Origin: an uncultured Acidobacteriota bacterium
GTDB lineage: Bacteria; Acidobacteriota; Terriglobia; Terriglobales; Acidobacteriaceae
Direction of reading: 5' to 3'
NCBI GenBank assembly: GCA_963833995.1
Contig: CAWIAE010000016.1
Location: 269,069 to 333,068, forward strand
DNA length: 64,000 nucleotides
Below the pieces are notes generated by a model. That model worked only from the letters and a program-made list of their open reading frames with translations. It was not told the DNA's origin and did no database searches. Below, piece by piece: positions 10,049 to 24,357 of the stretch (positions within the stretch are counted from its first letter, which is position 1; each line of letters starts with the position of its first letter). The position numbers and the translations under genes are program-made.

Positions 10049-10747
10049 TCAGCGGTTGATGTACTGGGTTTTGTTGTTGGTCTTGAAGCTGAAGGCGTCG
10101 CCGGGCAGCGACTTGTTCACCTTGATCTGGGAGTAATGGCAGGTCTTGGATTGTCCTTCGCCCTCGTCAAATACCTGCTTCAGGTTCACGCCCCGGCCGG
10201 GATCGATCCAGATGGTCACCTTGGGAAGGTTTTTGCGTACAGTGGGATCTTTGGCCACCAGCACCAGCTTGTCGGTGTTTACGCCGTCCACAGTCTCCTG
10301 GCCTGCGTAGGTGATGTTCCACTTTTCGGTCAGATCTTTGCCGCTGGCGCCGAAGCCGAGCATCAGATAGCTCTCGAATTTGCTGGCCTTGCTGAAGGTC
10401 GTCACCTGGTTGATGTTGCCGCCCTCGAAGAGCCTGAACACGCCATCGGAGAAGGTGTAGACCTTATCGACGGGCTGACCGTTGAACTCGTGGATATGCG
10501 CGGCCATGCGGAAGCTGTTGCCCTTGCGCTCGTAATAGACGACCCCTTTCTGAACGTCGGTGATGGGAATGGGTTCGGTCTCGATGGAATCGAATTCGAA
10601 GTCGGCAGAAGCGGAGTGAAATTTGTCTGCGGCCCCGTCGAGCTGGTGCAGAACGCTCTGGAGGTCGTCGGCGGCCAGCAACGCGTGCGCAGGTCCCAGA
10701 ATCAGTGCGATGGTTGCGGCGACAACAAAGGTTCTTTTTGCGAGCAT
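10049..10747 (-). CDS. LolA-like outer-membrane lipoprotein carrier family protein
   Basis: Signal peptide; SADF, L.L..KD, IWID, YSQIKVN..LP.DAF pattern. Confidence 0.7.
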   Translation of the reverse strand: MLAKRTFVVAATIALILGPAHALLAADDLQSVLHQLDGAADKFHSASADFEFDSIETEPIPITDVQKGVVYYERKGNSFRMAAHIHEFNGQPVDKVYTFSDGVFRLFEGGNINQVTTFSKASKFESYLMLGFGASGKDLTEKWNITYAGQETVDGVNTDKLVLVAKDPTVRKNLPKVTIWIDPGRGVNLKQVFDEGEGQSKTCHYSQIKVNKSLPGDAFSFKTNNKTQYINR

Positions 10748-10849
10748 GAGCTTCCTTCTCTGGTTGGATGCGGCGGGGCGTGGGACCGGCGAATTCTTTT
10801 GGGCGATTTGCGCCGCGAGGAATCCGGCAGTTCTCCAGATGCGCGTGTC

Positions 10850-11221
10850 TTAGTGATGCGCCCAGATTCGCCACACCAGGCGACCGTCGGAATCCTTGGC
10901 CGTCTCCCAGCGCTCCACGAATACCGCGTCGCCGGTAACGGGCTCGATCGCGCTGCGCAGCACTTTCTTCACTTCGCGGTCCGATGCGCCCGGAGGAATG
11001 TTCACGTCCTGGGCCTGCACGGAGACAATGACGCCCTGGCCGTCGTTGCCAACCACCTGGATGGGATGCAGGGGAGCCGGCGCACGCGACGGCTTGTCGC
11101 CGTAGTCCCACAGTTGCGGAGTGATGAAGATGAAGAGCAGAATCAGCGTCACCATCACGTCGTAGTGGACGTTGCCGCGCGGATACGTCCAGTAGAAATA
11201 GCTTTTCAGAATCCTGTTCAT
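10850..11221 (-). CDS. Hypothetical membrane-anchored protein
   Basis: YFYWTYPRG..HYDVMV plus one TM; 7 nt after the serS stop. Confidence 0.75.
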   Translation of the reverse strand: MNRILKSYFYWTYPRGNVHYDVMVTLILLFIFITPQLWDYGDKPSRAPAPLHPIQVVGNDGQGVIVSVQAQDVNIPPGASDREVKKVLRSAIEPVTGDAVFVERWETAKDSDGRLVWRIWAHH

Positions 11222-11228
11222 TGCGCCC

Positions 11229-12551
11229 TTACTTTGTGATGCGTTCCATGCCGCCCATGTAGGGCTGCAGCACTGCGGGAATAGCGACCGAACCGTCGGC
11301 CTGCTGATAGTTTTCCAGAATGGCCAGCCAGGTGCGCCCCACCGCGAGGCCGCTGCCGTTCAGCGTGTGGACAAACTCGCTTTTGGCTTTAGGCCCCGAG
11401 GGTTTGTAGCGGATGTTGGCCCGGCGCGCCTGGAAGGCCTCGAAGTTGGAGCAGGAAGAGATCTCCCGGTAGAGCTGTTGACCCGGAAGCCAGACTTCAA
11501 GGTCGAAGGTCTTGGCGGAAGAGAAGCCCGTATCGCCGGTGCACAACAGCACGCGGCGATAGGGCAGATTGAGCGTTTCCAGAATCTCTTCGGCGTCAAG
11601 GGTCAGACGCTCGTGCTCGGCGTCGGATTCTTCGGGCCGCGTGAATTTGACCAGCTCGACCTTCTGGAACTGGTGCTGGCGGATGATGCCGCGCGTGTCC
11701 TTGCCGGCGGCTCCGGCCTCGGCCCGAAAGCAGGGCGTATAGGCGGTGAGTCGAATCGGCAGGCGCGCTTCGTCGAGGATCTCATCGCGATAGAGATTGG
11801 TGACCGGAACTTCGGCGGTGGGGATGAGCCAGTGGTCGTTGTCCTTGAATTCTCCGCGGCTGACTGCGCTCGCGTCCGCGTCAGAACAGCGGAAGAGGTC
11901 ATCGGCAAACTTGGGTAATTGCCCGGTTCCGAACAAGCTCTTACTGTTGACCATGAAGGGCGGAAGCACCTCGGTGTAGCCATGCTTTTGCGTGTGCAGG
12001 TCGAGCATGAAGCTGATGAGGGCGCGCTCAAGGCGCGCGCCGGCCCCCATGTAGACGGCGAAACGCGCGCCGCTCAGCTTGGCGGCACGTTCCAGGTCGA
12101 GAATGCCGAGAGCTTCGCCGAGTTCCCAGTGGGGCCTGGGTTTAAATTCGAAAGTGCGTTTTGCGCCCCAGGTTTTTACCGTAACGTTGTCAGCTTCGGA
12201 AGTGCCGGTCGGGACTTCGTCGCGGGTGAGGTTGGGAATGTTTGCCAGGGACAGGCGCATCTGCTCGTCGAGGGCGGAGGCTGTTTTGTCGAGCGCGTCG
12301 AGCCGCACTTTCAGGGCGCGGGTTTCTTCCATCAGGGCGGCCGCATCCTGGCCGGCCTTTTTGCGAGCGCCCACCTGCTGGCTTAATTCGTTGCGGAATG
12401 CTTTGAGCTGTTCGGCCTGCGTAATAGCGGCGCGGCGGCTTTGGTCTAGGGCGCGAAAATCCCCCAGTAAGCTGGCTGGGTCGGCGCCGCGGGCGCGCAG
12501 TTTTTCTTCCACGCGTTCCAGGTTGGAACGTACAAAGTTCAGGTCGAGCAT
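11229..12551 (-). CDS. serS: Serine--tRNA ligase
   Basis: [38 protein letters not shown]. Confidence 0.98.
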   Translation of the reverse strand: MLDLNFVRSNLERVEEKLRARGADPASLLGDFRALDQSRRAAITQAEQLKAFRNELSQQVGARKKAGQDAAALMEETRALKVRLDALDKTASALDEQMRLSLANIPNLTRDEVPTGTSEADNVTVKTWGAKRTFEFKPRPHWELGEALGILDLERAAKLSGARFAVYMGAGARLERALISFMLDLHTQKHGYTEVLPPFMVNSKSLFGTGQLPKFADDLFRCSDADASAVSRGEFKDNDHWLIPTAEVPVTNLYRDEILDEARLPIRLTAYTPCFRAEAGAAGKDTRGIIRQHQFQKVELVKFTRPEESDAEHERLTLDAEEILETLNLPYRRVLLCTGDTGFSSAKTFDLEVWLPGQQLYREISSCSNFEAFQARRANIRYKPSGPKAKSEFVHTLNGSGLAVGRTWLAILENYQQADGSVAIPAVLQPYMGGMERITK

Positions 12552-12583
12552 GCCTCTCTTAGTTTAAACGACGCAGGCACGGT

Positions 12584-13951
12584 CTACTTCCGAGAGACTT
12601 CCGCTTCGCGCTCGGCTGAGTTCTGCGGACCCGCCGCGACCAGGTCCCCCCAGCCGGGCAAGTGCTGGTCGCCGGTGATCAATCGCGCACCGCGGGAGAA
12701 AGTGAAATACGTCCACATCCAGGCGGCAAAGACGGCCAGGCGATTGCGGAATCCGATGAGGAAAAAGATGTGCACGGTGAGATAAGTGACCCAGGCGGCG
12801 AAACCGCTGAGGTGCGCTTTGAAGGGCCACTCGACCTCGGCCACGGCGGCCATGCGGCCGATGGTGGCAATGTCGCCCTTGTCGAAGTAACGGAACGCAG
12901 GGCGCGGCTTATGGGCCAGGTCGGCAGCGATCAGGTGCTTGATATGATCGCCCATTTGCATGGCAGGTTGCGCCACGCCGGGAAGCTGATGGCCGTCCTG
13001 CTCCAGGTGAGCGAGGTCCCCGATGACAAAGACTTCGGGAAGACTGGGAGGATTGAGCCGGTCATCGACAAGCACGCAGCCGCGACGGTCGACTGGCGCG
13101 CCCAGCATCTTGCCCAAGGGCGAAGCCTGCACTCCGGCCGCCCAAAGCGTGACCGCGGCCTCAATGCGCTGGCCGCCCGCTTCAACCCAGCCAGGACCGA
13201 TGGCGGTGACGTTGCTTCGGGTGTGCACCTCCACCCCCAGGTGGGTCAGCTCCGCTTCCGCCTTGGCAGAGAGGTCGGGAGGGTAGGTAGCCAGGACGCG
13301 AGGTCCGGCATCAAGCAGTATCACTCGGGCCTTGCCGGGGTCGATGTAGCGAAAATCGTGCCGCATCAGCACCTGGGAGATGTCGCGGATGGCTCCAGCC
13401 AATTCGACGCCCGTGGGGCCGCCGCCGACGATGACGAAATTAAGCGGCGGATGCCAGCCGTGTTCCTCCGTCTGGCGCTCAGCCAGTTCGAATGCAAGCA
13501 GGACGCGGCGGCGAATCTCCAGCGCATTTTCAATCGTTTTGAGTCCCGGCGCCAGCGGAGCCCAGTCGTCATGTCCGAAATAGGAGTGGGTGGCCCCGGT
13601 GGCCAGCACCAGGTATTCGTAGGGAAGACTCGCGCCGGAAGCCAGCTCGACCTGGTGCGCCTTGACGTCGATCCCAGTCACCTCATCCATCAGCACCTGG
13701 GTGTTCTCCTGCTTGCGCAGAATTGTCCGGATGGGCTGGGCGATGTCGGCGGGCGAGAGCACGGCGAGGGCGACCTGGTAGAGCAGGGGCTGAAATAAGT
13801 GATGATTGCGCATGTCGACCACCGTCACGTCCACGGGCATGTCAGCCAGCGCTCTGGCTGCGTGGAGTCCGCCAAACCCGCTGCCGACGATGACCACGCG
13901 GGGCCGGCGAACGGGGGTACCAGGCTGCAAAGGTTGCGGCACGTTGCTCAT
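12584..13951 (-). CDS. ndh: Type II NADH dehydrogenase
   Basis: GSGFGG, FQPLLYQ, GGGPTGVELAG, AQPAMQMG; GGAGG RBS. Confidence 0.9.
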   Translation of the reverse strand: MSNVPQPLQPGTPVRRPRVVIVGSGFGGLHAARALADMPVDVTVVDMRNHHLFQPLLYQVALAVLSPADIAQPIRTILRKQENTQVLMDEVTGIDVKAHQVELASGASLPYEYLVLATGATHSYFGHDDWAPLAPGLKTIENALEIRRRVLLAFELAERQTEEHGWHPPLNFVIVGGGPTGVELAGAIRDISQVLMRHDFRYIDPGKARVILLDAGPRVLATYPPDLSAKAEAELTHLGVEVHTRSNVTAIGPGWVEAGGQRIEAAVTLWAAGVQASPLGKMLGAPVDRRGCVLVDDRLNPPSLPEVFVIGDLAHLEQDGHQLPGVAQPAMQMGDHIKHLIAADLAHKPRPAFRYFDKGDIATIGRMAAVAEVEWPFKAHLSGFAAWVTYLTVHIFFLIGFRNRLAVFAAWMWTYFTFSRGARLITGDQHLPGWGDLVAAGPQNSAEREAEVSRK

Positions 13952-14091
13952 CTTGCCTCCTGAGAAATGGATGCCAAAGAGCGGCAATAGGTGACACAGG
14001 TTTGGGGATGGGACGAGAGGCCGTGCTTGTGTTGATGCTAAGAAATCGGACGACAGCCTGGACCACCTTTCGCGGCGATTACACTGGAAAG

Positions 14092-14532
14092 GTGGAAGAA
14101 GCACAACCGATCTCCAACTCTCGACCCGTCGGTCCGGCGCTGCGCTTTGTGGCGGCGGCGCTCATGGTGCGCGGCGGTGAAGTGCTGATCTGCCAGCGCC
14201 GGGCGGATCAACCAATGGCGCTGCAATGGGAGTTTCCGGGGGGCAAGATCGAGCCCGGAGAGAGTCCCGAGCAGGCTCTGGCACGCGAACTGGACGAAGA
14301 ACTCGGCATCAAAGCGACCATCGGTGCGCGCGTCACGCATGTCCGCCACAACTACCGGCACGGTGGCGCAGTGGACCTGCAGTTCTTTGCGGTGCACGAG
14401 TTCACAGGAGAATTGCAGAACCGGATCTTTCAGCAATTCCGATGGGTGCGGCTTGAGGACTTGCCGGGCTATGACTTTCTGGCCGCGGACCGGGGTCTGA
14501 TCCGGGACCTGGCGGCCGGAAAATTGCTGTAG
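14092..14532 (+). CDS. NUDIX hydrolase, MutT/NudG family
   Basis: WEFPGGKIEPGESPEQALARELDEELG Nudix box; start uncertain. Confidence 0.88.
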   Translation: MEEAQPISNSRPVGPALRFVAAALMVRGGEVLICQRRADQPMALQWEFPGGKIEPGESPEQALARELDEELGIKATIGARVTHVRHNYRHGGAVDLQFFAVHEFTGELQNRIFQQFRWVRLEDLPGYDFLAADRGLIRDLAAGKLL

Positions 14533-14585
14533 CGTCCGCCTCAGCCGATCCCTGGATCAAGCTCCAAAATCAACAAGCTCCTGCA

Positions 14586-15686
14586 CTACTGCTGCGGACC
14601 GCCTGACCGGATGAGCGGCGCACCCGGAATCTTGAGATGCACCCGATAGATGCTGCTGCTGGCCACGATGTAGAGTGTCCTGCGATCCGGGCCGGCCCAC
14701 GTAAGATTGGCGACTTTCTCCGCAAACAAAAACGTTGCCAGAGGCTTGCCTTCAGGTGAAAAGATCCAGACACCACCCGGCCCCGCACTGTAGATATTTC
14801 CCTGCTGGTCGACTTTCATGCCGTCCGGCGCGCCGGGACGGGTATCAGCAGATGCGTCATAGAGAAGCTTTGCGCCGGTCAATGTGCCGTCGGGCTTCAC
14901 GCGGTAGCGCATCCATATCTTCTTCGGTTCGGAGTTATTGACGTAGAGATATTTTTCGTCGGGCGAGAAGGCGATTCCATTGGGACGTGTGAGATCGGAT
15001 ATGAGCAACTGCAATTGGGCGCGCGCCGGCGGGGCTCCGGGCTTTTGCTCAAGCGCGTGCGGAATGCGATACACGCCGTTCACCTTGAGCTGCTTTTCAG
15101 GGTCGTTGTCTTTCTGCGTGCGCAACCCGTACGGCGGATCAGTGAAGTAGAGCGAGCCATCGGACTTGTAGACCAGGTCGTTGGGGCTGTTGAGCCGCTT
15201 GCCCTGGTAGGAATCGGCAAGGATCGTGATCGCCGCGTCGGGGCTCAACGATTCAAGCCTGTAGACATCGCGCTGCGCGTGCCCGGCAACCGTGAGCCGG
15301 CCGCGCGCGTCCAGAGTCATCCCATTCGATCCCGGTTCGGGGCCGCCGTAGGGAGTGGATCCCTTGTAACCGCTGGGGTGCAGCAAAGTGGTCACGCCCG
15401 CGCCGGGAGTCCACCTGCAGATCCGGTTTCCGGGAATGTCGGCGAAGTAGAGGCTGCCGTGCGTCCACACCGGGCCTTCGACCCATGTGAATCCGGTCGC
15501 AATGCGCTCCAGCATGGCGCCGGCGGGAACAATGCGGTCGATCGCCGGATCCAGCCGATCCATCTTGAGGGGCATCGAGGTTTCAACGGCAGCGCCAGCG
15601 GCAGCGCTTACGGAATTCCTCATCGACTCGGATGAAACCGCGACCGCCAGGAGTACAACCATTTGCAAAGGCTTGATCCATTTCAT
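14586..15686 (-). CDS. SMP-30/gluconolactonase family protein, secreted
   Basis: EGPVW, SNG, NSPND, PNGIAFSPD, PDGMKVD. Confidence 0.9.
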   Translation of the reverse strand: MKWIKPLQMVVLLAVAVSSESMRNSVSAAAGAAVETSMPLKMDRLDPAIDRIVPAGAMLERIATGFTWVEGPVWTHGSLYFADIPGNRICRWTPGAGVTTLLHPSGYKGSTPYGGPEPGSNGMTLDARGRLTVAGHAQRDVYRLESLSPDAAITILADSYQGKRLNSPNDLVYKSDGSLYFTDPPYGLRTQKDNDPEKQLKVNGVYRIPHALEQKPGAPPARAQLQLLISDLTRPNGIAFSPDEKYLYVNNSEPKKIWMRYRVKPDGTLTGAKLLYDASADTRPGAPDGMKVDQQGNIYSAGPGGVWIFSPEGKPLATFLFAEKVANLTWAGPDRRTLYIVASSSIYRVHLKIPGAPLIRSGGPQQ

Positions 15687-15880
15687 TCTGGTTTTCCTTT
15701 GATACGGATGAGCACGCTCGATTCAGATTGCCGATCTTGCGTGCTTCGATGGAGCCGGGAAGTTGCAACGCAATCCATCTGTATTCTTCAGGCTATGGTC
15801 TGTCAAGAGAGGACGGAGGACTGACTCTTATCGCGGCCATCCCGGCGCTTCTTGTTTGCGAATGTAAATGCGCCAGACTA

Positions 15881-19191
<3,311 letters not shown>

Positions 19192-19195
<4 letters not shown>

Positions 19196-20061
19196 GAGGC
19201 CGGGCCTCCGCCATTTACCGACAGATCGCGGTCGGCCAGCAGTTCGAGCATCTGCGAAAGCACCTCGCTGCGGTCGCGGCCGTTCAGCGCCAGGGCAAGC
19301 TGGGCGATAAGCAGTCCGTACTGCGCACCCAGATCGTAACGCCGGCCCGCGTCCTCCACGGCCAGGTATTGTTCCTGGCGCGCGAGGTCTGTGAGCGCGT
19401 CGACCAGGGTTACGGGTGTGCCGGAAGGTTTCGCCAGCAGGCGATCCAGAATATCCATCACCGTGGGCGTGAACACGTGGATGCCGAAGAAACAGAGATA
19501 GTGCCCGCCACGAATGCCGGGAATGAGCAACCGCTGCTCGGCTTCAGTGGGAGTAGGCTTTTCAATGACCGTATCGACGCGGTAGAGATCGCTGCGCGTG
19601 GGCACACGGCGGCCGCCGACAGTCCCGTAGCGCTGCAGCAGGCTCTCTCGCGTGGATTGAACACCGCTCACCGAGCAGCGCTCCTGCTGGGCCAGTTCCA
19701 CAAGCCGTTGCGCCGAGGGCTTGGCCGAGGGGTTGATGTAGAGGTGATCGCCCACCATGTGCAGAAATGGATCGCCGTTGGTGAAGGAACGCGCGCAGAG
19801 AATCGCGTGGCCGTAACCGCGCGGCTCAGGCTGCGGAATGAAACGGACCGACGAGGCATGCAGCCCGGCCGCCTGGGCATAGGTCGATTCGTCGCCCGGC
19901 CAGACAACAATGGCAATCTGCTCCACCCCTGCGGCGAGCGACTGTTCAATGAGAATCGAGAGCAGCGATTTCCTGTTGCCTTCGCCATCAACCAGGGTCT
20001 GGAGAGGCAACGCGCGCTGCGACTGAGCGGCGGCGGTAATAACAGCTTTCCTGACTAACAA
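19192..20061 (-). CDS. GalU-like sugar-phosphate nucleotidyltransferase with a degenerate signature
   Basis: [29 protein letters not shown]; TTG start; overlaps the next gene. Confidence 0.8.
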
Positions 20062-20197
20062 AGGAGCACCTGACGGGACTTTATCATGGTTGATTCCTTT
20101 TCATCATTCCGCGCATTTGAATCGCGAGATTGCACCTGAGAAACCTTGAGGTCGCACGATACACACTGAAGAGTGCACATATTCTTCCGGGCAAATG

Positions 20198-21133
20198 TTA
20201 GTTGGTCTTTCGCGGCAATCCGTCGAGCCATCGGAGAAGGGCGTCCATGTAATCTTTCTTGTCATTGTCTGAGGCTGAAAGGCACACCAGCATTCTGGGA
20301 GCAGTCACTTTGCTGAAGATTTCCATCTCGTCCGCTGCCTTTTCGCCGTTGCGATAGAACCACAAGGACGGGATGTGCAGCCGTGCGGCGGACGCGGCCA
20401 TGTCCCAGCGATCGCTCACCAGGGCGTGGGCGGGAACGAGATGGGTTCGCGGGTCGCTGAAGATGGCGTTGGCAGGCGCCCGAAGCGGCTCATAGACCAC
20501 TACCCCAGCCAATTCGGAATGCGCGGCGGCCACTTCAACAGCCAGGTTGGCTCCAAGGCCGCTGCCTGCCAGCACAATGTCTTGCGGAGCGACATGGCGG
20601 GTGCCGGTGAGGTACTCGAGCGCCGAAGCGGCATCTTCGCGCCAGTGCGTTTCGCTCGGGTGCACGAACAGGCTCTTGCCGTAGCCGCGATAGTCGAAGG
20701 CCAGCACATTGAGCCCGGCGCTGTGCAGCTGGGCGACTGCGTCAACGGAGTTGCCCAGATTCCCGTTTGCGCCATGCAGGTAGATGGCGGTGTAGCGGAT
20801 GTTTTTGGCATCGGTCGCGGCCGGAATCCACCAGCCCTTGAGCGTGGGCACGCCCCCTTCGTTGGGGGCGAACTCGACATCGTTGAAGGCAAGTCCCACG
20901 CTGGCCGGAGTGCGGGTTACCGTTGAGATGGGGTGGTAGAGCAACTGCCAGCCTCCTTGCCAGACCACGAGGCACAGAGCGCCCCAGGCAAGAAAAGCTG
21001 CGGCAACCAGAACCCCGGAGATGGCGCCGGCCAGCCAGCGGGGTGAGACGGTCGGCGGCTGCGAAGGGGAGGGCCGCCGCCGGGGCGCGGGAGCATTGGA
21101 GCGCGCGGGTTGGTTGGATCTCTTCACTGGCAT
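20198..21133 (-). CDS. Membrane-anchored alpha/beta-fold hydrolase
   Basis: TM, YLHG, FDYRGYGKS; nucleophile motif reads GSGLG. Confidence 0.8.
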   Translation of the reverse strand: MPVKRSNQPARSNAPAPRRRPSPSQPPTVSPRWLAGAISGVLVAAAFLAWGALCLVVWQGGWQLLYHPISTVTRTPASVGLAFNDVEFAPNEGGVPTLKGWWIPAATDAKNIRYTAIYLHGANGNLGNSVDAVAQLHSAGLNVLAFDYRGYGKSLFVHPSETHWREDAASALEYLTGTRHVAPQDIVLAGSGLGANLAVEVAAAHSELAGVVVYEPLRAPANAIFSDPRTHLVPAHALVSDRWDMAASAARLHIPSLWFYRNGEKAADEMEIFSKVTAPRMLVCLSASDNDKKDYMDALLRWLDGLPRKTN

Positions 21134-21240
21134 GTGGTCGCTCGGCGGCGCACACTTCTGCGCCCCGGGAATACTCCTTTATGCTAATTGCACGATTGCA
21201 ACCGGGCGAAGGAGCAGGTTCGCCGGAGGGAGAAAACTCA

Positions 21241-21549
21241 ATGTCTGAATATGTGCGCATCTGTTCGCAATCCGAGTTGCCTGGGCCCGGTGAGGCTAAC
21301 GAGTTCATCGCCGCGGGGCGGCCCTTTTGCGTGGCCAACGAGGATGGTAAGATCAGCGTTCTCGACGGCGTCTGCCCGCATGAGGGTGGGCCGCTTGGGG
21401 AAGGAATCATCATGGACGGCCGCATCGAGTGTCCGTGGCATAACTACTCTTTCGATCTGCGCACCGGCGTGGCGGAGCAGGATCCGGAGTTAAAGGTCGA
21501 GGTGTTCGAATCAGTAGTGGAGAACGGCGAGCTGCGGGCCAAGGTGTAG
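21241..21549 (+). CDS. Rieske [2Fe-2S] ferredoxin
   Basis: CPHEG ... CPWH; GGAG RBS. Confidence 0.9.
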   Translation: MSEYVRICSQSELPGPGEANEFIAAGRPFCVANEDGKISVLDGVCPHEGGPLGEGIIMDGRIECPWHNYSFDLRTGVAEQDPELKVEVFESVVENGELRAKV

Positions 21550-21564
21550 CTTGTCGAACCTTCT

Positions 21565-21759
21565 CGTGCGGGACGGCTGAATTTCATGCCAGAACCAACC
21601 GCCCATGGCGCCATACGTAATCGCCGTGTGATGCAGCAGGACTAGCGCCGTCATCACCACGCGCACGCGGTCGATGTAGAACTCCCGTTGGGCCAGGCGC
21701 ATTCGCGCCGCCGAGTGCTCGACGAATTCGACAGGTGCGGCGTTCATGCTTCCGGCCAT
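21565..21759 (-). pseudogene. 5' remnant of an acyltransferase-3 family gene
   Basis: FYIDRVRVVMTALVLLHH..ITYG..GGW is an acyltransferase N-terminus; it stops against the Rieske gene. Confidence 0.6.
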
Positions 21760-21871
21760 GAGACATCATACGTTGCGCCGCAAGCCACCATTCAGCTATG
21801 GGCGTGGTCTCCCCAGGCCTCATCCGCCGCGGCGGACGAGACCTGTGGCACCCGCGCTCGGTTTCTGGAGA

Positions 21872-22624
21872 TCAGTACTTCACGATGGCGGTGAAGGAGT
21901 CCGGTTTAAGGCTGGCGCCGCCCACGAGGGCTCCGTCAATCTCTTCCTGGCTCATGAGCGCGGTTGCATTATCCGGCTTGACGCTGCCGCCGTAAAGGAT
22001 GCGCATGCCGGCGGCGACTGCGCGACCGAGGAGCTTTGCCACTTCGGCACGGATAATCTTGTGCGCATCGGCGGCCATCTCCGGCGTCGCGGTCTTACCG
22101 GTGCCGATGGCCCACACGGGCTCATAGGCGATGACGATGGCCGCGGCCGCCTCAGCCGTGATGCCGGCGAATGCGCCGGTGACCTGGGTCTTGAGCACCG
22201 ACTCGGTCTTGCCGCCTTCGCGCTCGGCAAGAACTTCACCGATGCAGACGATGGGAACAATGCCGTGCTTGAGCGCGGTGTGCAGCTTCTTGTTTACGAT
22301 TTCGTCGGTCTCGGCAAAATATTGGCGGCGCTCGGAGTGGCCGATCAGGGTGTGGGTTCCACCCACGGCGATGAGCTGGCCGACAGATGTCTCGCCCGTG
22401 TAGGCGCCTTCTTCGGCGAAGTGGATGTTCTGCGCGCCCACGGCGACGTTCGATCCCTTGGCGGCTGGAATCACGGTGGGCAGCAGGACAGGCGACGGAA
22501 ACAGGGCGATCTCATCGCGGGTGTGACCGGCAACGAGCGGCAAAAAGGCATCGACGAAGGCCTTGGCCTCGCTGGGAATCTTGTACATCTTCCAATTGGC
22601 GGCAATCAATTTCTTGCGTGACAT
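21872..22624 (-). CDS. tpiA: Triosephosphate isomerase
   Basis: ANWKM, IGHSERR, AYEPVWAIGTG, YGGSV, VGGASL. Confidence 0.98.
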   Translation of the reverse strand: MSRKKLIAANWKMYKIPSEAKAFVDAFLPLVAGHTRDEIALFPSPVLLPTVIPAAKGSNVAVGAQNIHFAEEGAYTGETSVGQLIAVGGTHTLIGHSERRQYFAETDEIVNKKLHTALKHGIVPIVCIGEVLAEREGGKTESVLKTQVTGAFAGITAEAAAAIVIAYEPVWAIGTGKTATPEMAADAHKIIRAEVAKLLGRAVAAGMRILYGGSVKPDNATALMSQEEIDGALVGGASLKPDSFTAIVKY

Positions 22625-22693
22625 GTTGTGGGGTTCCTCAAAGCAATTTTATCGGATGGATTTGTAGGGTCGGGTGACGGAGGGCACAAAGAA

Positions 22694-22716
22694 CAGTGGT
22701 CAGTCGTCAGGGATCA
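22694..22716. repeat. CAGTG heptamer tract
   Basis: cagtggtcagtcgtcagggatca; reverse-complementary to 24335-24357. Confidence 0.7.
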
Positions 22717-22726
22717 CCACGAAAAT

Positions 22727-22760
22727 GGGTGCCCCATCCAAACTCTGCTTGGGTGGGATT
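22727..22760 (+). repeat. REP hairpin (GGGTGCCCC family)
   Basis: gggtgc-cccatccaa-actctgc-ttgggtggg-att. Confidence 0.75.
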
Positions 22761-22797
22761 CACTCACTCCTCGACCTTGCCTCTGTCTTTGCGAGTC

Positions 22798-23415
22798 CTA
22801 GATATCGCCTTGGGAGCCCGATACGCGGATTGCGGTGAGGTCGTCGGGTACCTCGCCACTCAGGAAGGCGGCGCGGTGATCGGGATCGCCTAGGTCCATC
22901 TTGAAGTGGTGCCAGGTGCCATCCTGCAGAACACCCATGTTCCACGGGCCTGAAACCGAATCGGAGAACTGCCAGACGATATGAAAGCCTTCCTCGTTGG
23001 TGAATCCTTCGTTATCGGCCTGCAGAATTGCGTCTCCACGCTCCCAGAGGTGCGAGCGCAGGGCGTGCAGAACATTGCCGCCTTCTTCCGTATCGGCTCC
23101 CTGCAGGTGCTGGAAGGCGTAGATGGTTTTGACGGAAGCAAGGTATTCGCGGAGCCACACCACACCAGTTTCGGGCTTGCAGTCGTCGATCTCCTCAGCA
23201 AATTCCTCGTCCTGGCAGTCAAACACGGGAATGCGCTCAAGCAGCGCGATCTCGACTTCGTCGTTGCCGGAGAGGAGAAGGGATTCCCATTCTTCTTCGG
23301 TGCCGTCTTCAAGGGTGAGCTTGTAGTCGGGGTACTCGGTGAGTACCCACTGCGCAAGCTCATCGAAGGACGGGAATTCTTCGTCTTTTGAAAGGACTCG
23401 AGTGGAATAGGACAT
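22798..23415 (-). CDS. Acidic hypothetical protein
   Basis: Open frame with GAGGAG RBS and strongly Asp/Glu-rich composition. Confidence 0.75.
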   Translation of the reverse strand: MSYSTRVLSKDEEFPSFDELAQWVLTEYPDYKLTLEDGTEEEWESLLLSGNDEVEIALLERIPVFDCQDEEFAEEIDDCKPETGVVWLREYLASVKTIYAFQHLQGADTEEGGNVLHALRSHLWERGDAILQADNEGFTNEEGFHIVWQFSDSVSGPWNMGVLQDGTWHHFKMDLGDPDHRAAFLSGEVPDDLTAIRVSGSQGDI

Positions 23416-23502
23416 GCGGGACTCCTCGCAGAATTCCGGCTGGCTCAATACCTGAGTCTAATCCGATGCAGTAGAGCCAAAAATCCTTTTGAGTGGTCGT
23501 GT

Positions 23503-23521
23503 TAGAATATGACCATGGTCA
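23503..23521 (+). promoter_or_regulatory. TA promoter -10 element and operator palindrome
   Basis: TAGAAT followed by TGACCATGGTCA. Confidence 0.55.
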
Positions 23522-23541
23522 GTGACTATAGGAGGAACACG

Positions 23542-23772
23542 ATGACGGCTACGATTCCGGCGGGACAGTTCAAGGCGAAATGCCTGAAGCTACTGGATGA
23601 GGTCGCGGAGAAGCGCATGACGCTGGTGATTACCAAGCGCGGCAAGCCGGTGGCGGAGCTCGTACCGGTACGGGCGCAACAACGCGATATCGTCGGCTCG
23701 ATGAAGGGCAGTGTGAAGATCCTTGGCGACATCATTTCTCCGCTCAATGTCGAGTGGGATGCAATGAAATGA
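23542..23772 (+). CDS. Phd/YefM-family antitoxin
   Basis: FKAKCLKLLDEV...ITKRGKPVA. Confidence 0.92.
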   Translation: MTATIPAGQFKAKCLKLLDEVAEKRMTLVITKRGKPVAELVPVRAQQRDIVGSMKGSVKILGDIISPLNVEWDAMK

Positions 23773-24212
23773 CCCTTGCAGAAGATGACCGATCGGACAG
23801 GCTGCTTTTGGACACGCATACCTTCCTGTGGATGGTGGAAGCTCATTCACGATTGGGCGCGAGAACCGTGAAAATGCTCAACCAAGCCGCCCGGAAGGAC
23901 CAGATCACCGTGAGCGCAATTACCCCCTGGGAGATTGCCTTGCTGGTCAGCAAGAAGCGTATCGACCTTCAAAAAGATGTGATGGAGTGGATTCGCGAAG
24001 CGCTGTCAAAGCCCGGAGTTCGGCTAGCCGCGCTGGAACCGGAGATTGCGGTGGAAAGCACGCGGCTCCCTTTTGAGATGCATCCCGACCCCGCAGATCG
24101 GATTCTTGTGGCAACGGCACGGCATCTGGGCGCAAAACTCGTAACTGCCGACCGGGCGTTGCTGGAAATCGCCCGCAAGGGCAATTTCAGGGCGATGGAT
24201 GCGGGAATCTAA
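23769..24212 (+). CDS. vapC: VapC-family PIN toxin
   Basis: LLDTH, SAIT.WEI, DPADRILVATA, LVTAD; ATGA overlap with the antitoxin. Confidence 0.92.
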   Translation: MTLAEDDRSDRLLLDTHTFLWMVEAHSRLGARTVKMLNQAARKDQITVSAITPWEIALLVSKKRIDLQKDVMEWIREALSKPGVRLAALEPEIAVESTRLPFEMHPDPADRILVATARHLGAKLVTADRALLEIARKGNFRAMDAGI

Positions 24213-24289
24213 CAAGCCCAATTAGCTCCCCAAACCCGAGACGTTCTTTGCGGAATGGGTGGAAAACCTCAAACCTCGTTCAATGAAAG

Positions 24290-24324
24290 GCCGCATCAAG
24301 CGCACCGGCGCCGGATGCGGCTTT
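24290..24324. terminator. Hairpin between the convergent vapC and pgk genes
   Basis: gccgcatc...gatgcggc followed by ttt. Confidence 0.45.
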
Positions 24325-24325
24325 A

Positions 24326-24357
24326 ACTGATCACTGATCCCTGAACCCTGATCACTG
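24326..24357. repeat. CACTG/CCCTG heptamer tract overlapping the pgk stop codon
   Basis: actga tcactga tccctga accctga tcactg. Confidence 0.75.
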